Source of the DNA: Phoronis australis
Lineage: Eukaryota; Animalia; Phoronida
Assembly (NCBI GenBank): GCA_002633005.1
Contig: NMRA01000187.1
Span: 216,191-280,190, forward strand
DNA length: 64,000 nucleotides
Direction of reading: 5' to 3'
In this document: in pieces, positions 26,401-38,400 of the stretch
How the letters are laid out: each line of letters starts with the position of its first letter
Numbering within the stretch: position 1 is the stretch's first letter
Notes under the pieces: model-generated
Told to the model about the DNA's origin: nothing
What the model saw: the letters and a program-made list of their open reading frames with translations, nothing else
The model's database searches: none
Position numbers and translations under genes: made by a program

Positions 26401-29400
26401 GCATGACAGGATTTCTGTTTTTGAAAAACGAAGGTGACTATACCAGTCCAGACAATATTGGAAACACCTGAAAGCTGATGGGACAGGATTGTTCGTTCTA
26501 TTTAACTGTGGTTGTCACATCTGTTTTGTGAAGACTAACTAAAATAAAGCAGACTTCATTTAAACAAATATTTATGAGAACACAAAATTTTTTACGACTT
26601 TAAATGTGCCTTGTGAATTGTTACATAGCTCACTCTGCTGGTCCTGCTAGCAACAGCCCCCTATCTCACCTTCACCGTTGACTACATCCCTCTCCTTCCC
26701 ACCTTGCCAGCATCAACCCCTTCTCTCAGCATCAACCCCTTCTCTCAGCATCAACCCCTTCTCTCAGCATCAACCCCTTCTCTCAGCATCAACCCCTTCT
26801 CTCAGCATCACAAATGACTACATGACACCTACCTCTGCCTCCTGGATCAAAGAATTTATCTTCTCCACCACTTGCTGGACATTATGAGGGTTCTTACCAC
26901 TCACATGACATGTACGGACTGGCGTGCCCAGATCTGTAACAGCAATATCAGTCGATGCAGGTAATTAGCAATGAACAAGCGTTATTGGGATACAGGTTGA
27001 TCACAAGTTCCACAATGTGCACTGCATGCAACACAGATAGAGCCATGTGTGCACTGGATGCGGCACAGATACAAGGGATATCATAACTATGGTTTTTAGG
27101 CCCTCACCAATAACTGCAGTTAACCAAACACCTAGAAAACCACAAACGCAGCGTATACCACAGTAACTAGTGTAAGGTCAATACAAAGTGACCAGTGTCC
27201 AGTGATAAGTCAATAGAGGGTTCCACTCACCATCAGTGAACTGTATCTTGCACTTAAACTCTTCTTGAATACATCTGATCATCTCCCCTTTCTTGCCAAT
27301 CACTATGCCAACACAGGAGCGTGGTACCTCCACCTTCAATGCAATTTTGTTTCAAATTAAACACTGTTTGTCGCTGTACTTAAAAAGTGGTAGCCAAACA
27401 TTTTATAAACTTTGAAAGTTTAGAAAAACTATTTTGTTTCAACTATTTAACTGACCCAGAAGCTGATAGTTTCACATCAGACACGGACATATGAAGTTAC
27501 AATTGAAAGCTGTGTGTTGGAAGGTCTACTATCAAACCCCATTCACGGAGCCACAATAGGACTCTAATGGTGTTAGCGAAATCTTCCATTACTGTTGCAC
27601 AATCTGACACCCTGGCAACACTGAGTAATGCACGGGCTCTAATGATGTGCTTACAAGAGTCAGCTGACAATCAAAGCTGCAGTTCCCAGAATTTAGTTCT
27701 GACACCAACAACTCATCAGCCACACACAAACACACTTCAGTGTGTTGGGCTTGGACTACCTTAAACTGTAAATTGAAAACGATGAAACTACACACAGCTT
27801 GTGATTTGAGTTGCAGACACACTCACCAATGACTCAAGACGGGTGTTGTAACATTTTTTAAAAACAAATTCCATTGGTCAATAATTGACCATTGACAACT
27901 TAACAGCGACAAAATGCAGCTTTATGACGACAACTGTATGCCAACAATTCCACTTGATTTAGATCACCCCCAACAGTTTTTCAACCTAATCAACTAATCA
28001 AAAAAGGGTTTTTAAAGCTACCCAACCAAACAAAAACTGCAATTAATTAAGCTCTACGCAGAGATGTCAATGTAAGTTAATTAAACAGAAAAAAGTTGCC
28101 AATCAAAAACCAGCGACCAAAGCAAAGGCTAGGTGACCAGCATACCTCCACAAAGTTACTGCCATCCATAGGGTAGACCAACATACCTCTACAAAGTTGT
28201 TGCCATCCATAGGGTGGCCAGCACCACCACTCCTGTTATCCTTCTCTAACAGTTGGTTTACTAGTGACCTGGCTAGCTCCCGTGCCTCTGGTAAGCCTGT
28301 TATCTCCAGAGGTTTATCTGTGCTGGATGGCATGTTACTATCTTGAATCATCACCATCTTGACACCAGCTTGTTCCTTTATACACAGAATGATACAAGGT
28401 GAGAGATGGAGGGAGACTAGGGGTCAAGGGTCACTTTTATGGAATGACACTCATCAGACACACACACAGAGCATGTATATACAATAGCAGTACACACACA
28501 CAGAGCATGTATATACAATAGCAGTACACACACACAGCATGTATATACAATAGCAGTACAAACCTTGAAAAGCCACCACAATGGCACTCAGATCGTAAAC
28601 TTCAATTGCATCAGCTGATTATTAATTAGTATAATAAACATTGTCACTTGACAACACAAAATATGCCGAGCCCATCCAAAAATGAGAGGGCGTTGCCATC
28701 GCTTTAAAACAATTAAATGCAAACCTGTTAGGAAATCTAGAAGACGCAGCAGTAGTCGCACACGTCCAAGTCATTGTCTGTTGTAATAGCAATACACTTT
28801 GCAAACTACATCAATATGTTGAGCAAACATTTTACTATAATACCACAGTAGTCAGTAGAAATTAACATCCACTAGGTGGAGCAGACTATGTCCAAACATG
28901 GGAAAGTATCAATATGTCAGCCACAATATTCTTTATATCCATTTTGCCGTTTGCTTAAAAGCATGACAAAAGAGATATGTAACAGCAAAAGAAGACATAA
29001 CAACAAAACAAACAATTCATTGAGAAGATCTTTACCTGTAGGTTCTTGATGGTCTCGCCTCCCTTGCCTATAATCAGACCCACTTTGTTGCCAGGAATAG
29101 GCACTTGAATGGTGTCACCAGGGTTACCTTTGTTGACGATGTCGTCAATCAGCATGATCGCATGACTGTCAACATAAACATCACAATGATTGACTATATA
29201 CAGACATGAGAGTGACACGTGACTGAACCACCAATATAAGTATGATTGACTATATACAGACATGAGAGTGACACGTGACTGAACCACCAATAGAAGTATG
29301 ATCGACTATATACAGACATGAGAGTGACATGTGACTGAACCACCAACAGAAGTGCCTCATCTTAGGGATCAGTTCTCTGCATGGCTCTCAGACAGAGGGG

Positions 29401-32400
29401 ATGACTTTAGATAATCACAGGCAAACACATAAACAACTGTGGAGTCTCACAACTATCACAAACGCAACACATCAGTGTTCAAACAAATACAACTTTCATA
29501 GCATTTTAACCCAGTTTCATCATGTTCATTCATTTGACAAGGTGTTTCTTGACATAGAAATAGTAACAACTGGATGAGTGCTTGACTAACTCTGAGTTGA
29601 GACGTCACCAGATGAGGTCGTGCGGAGTGACATAACGGACGAACAGTGAGCCCCCCGCCGGTCAACAACCCGCTCGGTAGCTGAATGACCCCCCTGGTTA
29701 ACAGTTGCCTGGCGCACCTCCTTGGTCCACATCTGTTTGTCCCACCCTGTTGACAGTTACCTAACAGTCCCCACCGATATTTATGTGGCACCCCTCACCT
29801 CCACTTTCCACCTGTTTGGTGCCCCCGAGATGCTATTTGGGGCACTTTCGACTCCCCTTTTCTGGTGGTGCCTCACTTGCTACACCATTGATCAAGTGCG
29901 AGTCAATAAAAGCCTAGTTCACCATACCAACCAGGACACTCACCACCCCTCAAGCTGTTATGGGCTATTCCGTGACGCAAGGGAGCAGGAGCAATTACCA
30001 AGGGTCATCTCCATCAAAAACCATGAAGTGTTAAGTTTGCAAGGGTTGCTAACACCATAAGTCAAGTAGATGGACAGTCAGATAGTTTCATGACGCGAAA
30101 CAACTGGTATCGCCTTTACAGCCAAAAATCCTTCTTAACAAAAACAGTTTCTGAATGAACGTGCAAAGCGAGTTCACTTAACAAAATGAAGATAGTGGCA
30201 ATGATACGTGTCGGAGCAAATGTTTAGACATAAAGTAGCTCCTACACGTTACTTCAAGATAATAGCCTGCACATAAGAGGAGCCACTGTGATACAAGACA
30301 ATGTGTAGACCCTACCATCAACCAACTAGTCCATGTGTAGACCCTACCATCAACCAACTAGTCCATGTGTAGACCCTACCATCAACCAACGAGTCCAATA
30401 TCCAACTTCTTTAGTACTAACTAAAACCAATTTCACGCAAATCATCACAAGCTATACAAAAACGTGTTGGGGATGACAGCCCAAAACATGAGCTACGAGG
30501 AGGCAATTTGGTTAATTGAGTGCATACCCAACATAGTCCATCCTTCTCTATAACTTTGAGAGGTAGAGATCCTCGCCAAGGTCACAAGAACTTAGTTATC
30601 AGCAAGTGGACATTGGGAAAAGTGTCGGCAATATTTTGTCTATCCCAGGGTCACATGTACCTTAAGCTTTACACTAGTCATTACAGACTATTGCCAAAAA
30701 GGAGGTTAAGCAGCAGGGAAGGGTGAAACAATGACTTACTCGATACACTCAGGAGGGCCTGTCACTGTAACACTGCGGTTAGGTGTACCCCCAGAGTCTG
30801 GTGCAATCTGTATCTTACACTTGGACTGTGCAGAGAGCTGGGTAATCTGCTTGCCTCCAGCTCCAATAACTACAAGACAAGAGGATTTATGAGACAAATA
30901 AACAAGCAAGTCACACCATCTACAGGACGACAGATCATGTTTGGAAATTTCACCAGATTTTATTAGCTGCTCTTGTAGGTCCACTCACTCACTTAGTAAT
31001 AACTGGACTGGGCCCAGAGTCATGAACAAACTGGAACACAATGGAAGACAGGCTAGTAACTGAGCATCATGTCTGTCCTTACTGCAGTTAAAAGAGAGTT
31101 AAAGAGAGTTACAATCCACAGCAAGACTACATTTAGCCTTGATCCACAGCAGGACTGCATCAATAAATCAAAGCTTCCAGACACAGACAAAATTAAATTG
31201 AAAGCTGTGTGTTGGAAGGTCTACTATCAAATCCCATTCACAGAGCCACAATAGGACTCTAATGGTGTTAGCGAAATCTTCCATTACTGTTGCACAATCT
31301 GACACCCTGGCAACACTGAGTAATGCACTGGCTCTAATGATGTGCTTACTAGAGTCAGTTGACAATAAATTAATGTTTCTAAGGAGTTGTCATTTTAGAG
31401 CAAGACCATGAAATTTATCTCATTTTTATTCTCTTTTTATTTGTCTAAACTTCTAACAAAAGCTTTTTTGTCTTCTTCAACAGGGACCATCATATTTACT
31501 CATGTTAACGGACATATGTTGGAACCTGAGTACCAACAAAACTGCATTTAAGTACTTTGGATACCAGCTTTGTAGATTTTCGTATGCAGAACCAAACTAC
31601 AAAAAATCAAGCTTTTTTAACATGTTCGCCTCAGGGCTGTTCCAGTAAAATCCGTGTGGGAGGGGGACGGCAGTAGAAATAAAAATTCATAGGTGGTGGT
31701 CTTCAAAAAAAACCTCAAATTATGGGTGGTCGTTCCTGTAAGAAGTGATGCATTAAACATAGGTGGTATTTTTTGACCTGTTAATGTTGACAGGTTGGTT
31801 ACTTCAGCTGTCAAAACTCATAAAAAAATGCAATTGGCACATATCCTAACTTACCCCAATACAAAAAAGCCCATATTGCCAGTGAACACAGTGCAATAAG
31901 TTCACTGAGCCATTAATCAAGTCATGAGCAACTTGATTTGAGCCAACTGTTTGTCTGCAGTCCTATTGAATTGAAAAATTATGCAACACTAAACTGGTGT
32001 TAACACATATAAGAAAATTGATGATTTTTAAATAAAAAGTATGAGGAGTTAGATAAACAAGTTCCAATATTCACTTGACATAGAAGTATAAAATAGTTCG
32101 TGGAGACAGTGTTCATTGAAATTATAGACACATGGTGAACAGAGACACCTGGTGGCTGCCAAAAGTATTGCTCACAGGCTACTTTAGTTTTTGAAAATAT
32201 TGGACAAGACAACTAGTTCTTGTCTGTCAATCATCTAAGTTCTTAACAGGTCCTCCTGGAGGCAATTTGTTTGCAAGTGTTGGATTTTATATTTTGACCT
32301 ATTAAAAATAATTAAAAAATTATGGGTCATGGGTTGGAGAAATAAATGAAAAATATGGGCGGTGGGCACGAAATAAAAGTGCCTGGAACAGCCCTGATTG

Positions 32401-35400
32401 AAACTGTGTTCAGCTGCTGCCTTAGTTAGTGGATCATGCTAGCAATGGTACAAGATTCATTTAATAAATAGATAGGCTCCTTACTAAGGTTACATAATTA
32501 TGTTAATAATTGCTGATAAACATATATTGTGAATTGTGATAACTCATATACACAACAAACAGTTTCTGCCTTCAAAAGTTATGTTCGTTTCTTAAACTAA
32601 AAAGTATCTGTTAAAAAGCGTTGATGAATCTGCATTGGACGTTTTACACGAGGCAATGTTTCTAATTATTCAAAAATAATTATTCATTGCCAGCATCAGT
32701 AATCAAGTATCATCGTACTGCCTGGCAAAAACCACGACCATTGGTGACAGTTCAACGAGGCACTTAGTGCAGTCACCGTGTGTGAAAAACATACACGCTA
32801 TACAGCTTTGCGATTAAAGACACTACAATTCATTGGAATAACATGTAAGCGCAGAGTAATGTTCCTCAGTTTTCTTCAATTTTATTCTTCTTATTCTTCT
32901 TCGGACCAACTTTGACACTTAAAGGAGCCACCCAAAAAACAACCTAATTTGTATCAATTTAGATCAAGTAGTTCTACTCCATGACGGCACGTACGGTTGC
33001 GTTACCTGACACCTGACGGCAGACGGAGGTTTTGAAAATATCCAATGAGGTAATTGGTTTCACACGCAGTCTGTTCAGCAGTTCACAACACGGGTTAGTG
33101 GTGTTCGCTTATCGCTTGAATTCATCGTTTAACAATAAATCATCAAACTTCGATGTAAAACCCTTAAAAATACACCGAGTTCTTATAAAAACGTATTGTT
33201 TTATTTCTCTGTTACGGATTTATTGGTATTTGGACATACCGTAGCCTCCAAAGTTCGGCCTCCCACACAGATTTTACTGGAACAGCCCTGAATTTTGATT
33301 TCTTTTGAGAGGGTATTAAGGCCGTGTTTGGCTGACAATACCCACCTGCAAACATTTAAGGGACAAGACCTACCACCTACTATTAATGATATACCAGCCA
33401 CTATTAATGATATTCTTCCTTCAAGACGAACCAACTAGAATTATCTTCACGACAATCACCCATTCCAACTGCCGTCACCCCCCTCCCATACGCATTTTGC
33501 TGGTACACAGTTCTGACTAAGCATTGTTATATCTCTGAAAGGTATACAGGTCTAAGCATTGTTATACCTCTGAAAGGTATACAGGTCTAAGCATTGTTAT
33601 ATCTGTGTATGGACACAGTTCCACCTAAGCATCGTAACATTGGCCCGAGATCCACATTAACCCCAATACTTCAGTAGAAGTAAACAGGCACAAAGTACCA
33701 TAAGTGTCGAGAAGAACATTTCTGAAACTGTCATGTAGAGATGAACTTACCCAGACCCACGAGCCTGTCCGGAATGAAATGCTCTCTCACTGCACCTCCT
33801 CCCATAGGGATTCCTGCCCCCATAGGTTGACTAAGGGGCTGTCCAAGGGGCTGACTTGCGGGCTTGATTCCCATGCTCTGGTTAATCCTTGCAGCTGCTT
33901 CCTGGGCAGCTTGGGCAGCTTGTTGCCTGCAAAAGATAGCAAAGACAGTGATCAACGTAGACAGTGATCAACGTAGACAGTGATCAGAGTAGACTGTGCC
34001 CAGTGAAGACTGTGCCCAGTGTAGACTGTGACCAGTGTAGACAGTGACCAGTGTAGACAGTGACCAGTGTAGACAGTGACCAGTGAAGACAGTGACCAGT
34101 GTAGACTGTACTGTAACCAGTGAAGACAGTGATCAACGTAGACAGTGATCAGTGTAGACAGTGACCAGTGTAGACTGGGACCAGTGAAGACAGTGACCAG
34201 TGTAGACAGTGACCAGTGTAGACAGTGATCAGTGTAGACTGTGACTAGATTAGTGCAAGAAGGAAATGGGCAGCAGGTTGTATGGAGAAGACAGTGATCA
34301 GTGTAGATAGTATCAGGAGTGAGTCCAGTGTAGATAGCCATCAGTGTAGATAGCCATCAGTGTAGACAGTGATCAGTGTAGATTGTCACCAGTGTAGATA
34401 GTGATCAGTGTAGATAGTATTAGAAGGGAGTCCACTCATTCCAGAGTAGATAGTATTAGGAGGGAGTGTCCAGCCTGACACGAAGCTGCATTTTCACACA
34501 GAGCAAGCACAGATAGCCAAATTCCGCATATTTTTCTAAAATTGTCAACCTGAACATCATTTGGCGATGGAAACTTTAAAATGCCATAGTTTTGGACAGG
34601 TGTATAACACATGAGTGATATTGATAACAAAGAAGCTTGTTTATTTGACTGAACAAAGAATTTATATTTTAATGTGTGGCTGAGAATATGTGGACAATTA
34701 GAATGGTGACGAGATACGCACAATTGACTCTCGAATATTGACCTTGATTGTGATTTAGCCGATAGGCATTTCCACAAAGAGATCAACCTAGAGACAAAAA
34801 ATTTACACGGCGACAAGATTAACAATTTTGGTCTCACCTGAAAGCCCAGTCTATCCAATTTCAGAACTCATATTTGAATTTGATATATTTTTCATTTTTT
34901 CCTAAAGGGATTCACTTTTTTGCAGTCACTCAACCTATAAACTTGCTTCGATTTTTATGTGCATTATAAATTATTTCATCAATAAGCTGATTATGGGGAT
35001 TTCACATCATCAAATGTTTGCAATCACACATTGGACCCATCGCACATCCTCAAACTTTTGGGGTCAAAGGTCAACTACTGGGTATCATGGAGTCGTACAT
35101 CTGGCAAAAAAGTGCTAAAAAGTTTAGTTACATCAAACCTTTATCTATAACAATTCTCTTGCAACTTGTTTCTTCTTTTGGAAAATTTCAGATACACTAA
35201 GTAATCACATGAAATACTTCTATGCTCTGAAGTTTTAATAGCAGGACACCATAAGAAATACACGCCAAGTTTTGTTCTGATGGAATAAGAAATACACTGC
35301 AAGTTTTTGTTCTGATGGAGTCAATTTTATTTCTGCTCTGACTTGCTGTGCTATGTTTTGTGTTGAAAAAGCCGATGCTAAGCATTTTCAAACATTAGCA

Positions 35401-38400
35401 ACCAGTGATCTACTTTTTTAAAGCATTTTGGTTAGTTTTACCGACAGTAGCCACTCTTGTTTTTCAATGTCTTAAGTGGTTTGTATGGAATGATTTCAAA
35501 GCAAATGATTGCATTGCCTCATATTACATATTTTTGGCAAAACAAGAACCTTGACTTCACAATCAGTTTGACCGAAAATTATTTTTTTCTACACACCTTC
35601 GACAGGATTCAAACAAAGTATAGAAACAAAAGATTACCAACATGTGGCAAATACAAAATTATTACCATGTTGCTAAGATACAATGGTAGACTTACCTCTG
35701 CTGTTGCTGCTGCTGCTGATCTGCCATGACACGTACTTGACCATAGGCTGAAACAACACAGTCATCTACAGTACTGTATACAGCTAATAGAGTTGATCAC
35801 AGTAATACAGTACAGTATACAACTAATAGAGTTGATCACAGTAACACAGTACAGTATACAACTAATAGAGTTGATCACAGTAACACAGTACAGTATACAG
35901 CTAATAGAATTAATCACAGTAATACAGTACAATATACAGCTAATAGAGATTATCATAGTAATACAGTACTGTACAACTAATAGAGTTGATCACAGTAATA
36001 CAGTACAGTATACAATAGTCATCATAGTAATACACAGGGCTTGGAATGATCAATGACAAAAACGCGAAAACTTTTACGACCCAAATTATGCGCGCTACCC
36101 AGCCTTGAAATGGTTGATGTGAAAATTTCCCCGACAAAAATCGGGAGGGCTAAAAAAAAAAAGAAAAAAAAAAAAGAAAAAAAAAACGTTACCACCATCA
36201 GTACCATGTGTCTGCGTCCTTTTAGGTCGCCCGTCCACTCCCAATCCACACACTTTTGGCTGCAGAGCCGTAGTATTTGTCGCCGCGGTTTACACGAGAA
36301 GCCATTGAAAATCCCACCACGCTATCCCAGATGCCCCGGCAATGTTGACAATTTACGTTCCTCCGAAACATAAAGAGCAACTTCCGCTTTTCGAGGTGAA
36401 CGTCGTCTGCAACGCCGCGGTAAGAAAGGAATTTGCCGCGGAAAATTTATATCAAATCCGATTTTTTTACGCCGAAATATAATAAAATGCGCGGAAAGAA
36501 CATTTGAAAAAAGCGGAAATCCGCGTTTCCGCGGAAAATTCCAAGCCCTGAATACAGTACGCTCCAATAGAGCTCGACAAATGGCAGAAACATTCCACAA
36601 ATTTATGAAGCTGTGTTCTCCACAACCTCCATTGACTCATCACAGGGTCGATTTTGAATTTTGTTGAGAAGTGTTTGAATTACTTTCATCGAGTTTGAAA
36701 ATCTATGCAACCAGTTTGAAGTACTGATATATTATTCATTTCATAAACAAGTTAAAAATTGTTGAGATTTCTTGACCAGTTCAATGTATTTATTCCAAGC
36801 TCCTCAAAGTATGGACATGGACTTTCGAAAGCGTACAAGAATTTTGTAATTCCATACAGGAATTTTGTAATTCCAGACTAGTTTGAATTTTCTGTTGTAG
36901 AGAACTCTGAGAAGACAACAGGCAAAATCAACTGAAAATCAGTAGGATTTTTGCTTTGGATGGAGCTTCTTTTTGAAACCCGTTGTACATCATTTCCAGA
37001 TGTACAGATAGTCCTCAAGTTCACTTCACCTTTAACCATTGTTACAAAATACTGTTAAGTGAATTTGATATCAGTAGACAACAACATAAATGCAGTAGGT
37101 GAGATTTTTCTTCGATTTTGTTGCTGATCAAAAAATACATACTTGTGCTTTTCAGACTGCATGCAGCGTCATACAAACCAGCTTTGGTTCATATTTGGAT
37201 GTTAGCTATGTTTGCTGCTTCCAATCCAAAGACTTCATTTTTTTAGTTTTAAAGAAAATGTACTACGATATACTTAGATCGTTTGAGCTCTCAAATTACA
37301 TGTAGGACTGGATATATCATTTCAAACTTAATTCACACAAGCGGAAGCACTATATTATCCACAGCACTGTATGCAGGTTCAAATTATTTTAGGAAATCCT
37401 AATGGTTCAATGGAAGGTTTGTAAATAAAACAAGCAGTGAAACAGTAAGAAAACAGGGCATAGTAGGTGACCAGTTGTAGACAGGTTAGCACAAGCAGTC
37501 CTCATAGGGCTGTTCCAGTAAAAAATGTACGGGAAGGGGGAAGGCACTTTCATTTCTTACCCACCGCCCATATTTTTCTTTTTTCTCTCCAACCCACTTC
37601 ACATAACTTTTAATTATGTTGAAATATAAAATGCAGTTGTTGAGAGAATCAACCTGTCTTGAAAACATTAAAATGGCCAACAGGGGGTGCTACGGTAGCC
37701 AAATCTGTCTGAAAACCGATTGGTGCTGGTGCATGCCATCCAGCTATGTCTATGCCAAATGTTTTCATGATCCATAAGCGGTTTCAAGATAACTGACAGA
37801 CAAGCAATGACCTGAGCAATCGAAAACTTAAGGGCGCCAAGGCACAGTAGTTGAATCCGTCCAAAAATTGACTGGTGCAAGCACATTCTTGCCATGTTTC
37901 CGTTTCAAATTTGATCGTGATCCGTCATGCAGTTTTCAAGATAATCGACACACAAGGAGTGGCTTGGCCAACATGGGTTACCAAGGTTACCAAATATGCT
38001 TGAAAATCGACTGGTGCTAGCATGTCTCCATCACGTATCTCTATACCTAATTTCATCGTTATCCGCCAAGTGGTTGTTGAGATAACTGATGGACAAGAAA
38101 TGATAATGACAGACAGACCGACATGATAATGACAGACAGACCGACATGATAATGACAGACAAACCGACCACAAAGTTTCTACGGGTGCATAATTCCTTGC
38201 GAGATCACAACTCACGTCAGTTACCAAAAACTTGCTTTTCAAAAACGCACGTGAGCAATACTTTTGGCAGCCAGTCCACCATGTGCTTCTGTAATTTCAG
38301 TAAGATTTTTTTCAATTTCATGGATCAATGAATCTCAAAGTGTCTCAACCCATGATTTTAGACTGCTATGCCAAGTGAATATTGGAACGTATCTATCTTA

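Noticed and set aside
29620-29860. RNase MRP-like motifs (GAAAGUGCCCC ... GGGGCUCAC)
   Set aside because: CR-I has an extra base and is tied up in a local hairpin; no convincing P8 GARAR or P1-P3 arrangement
36560-37440. Possible decayed transposase coding sequence
   Set aside because: No recognisable motif in any frame I translated
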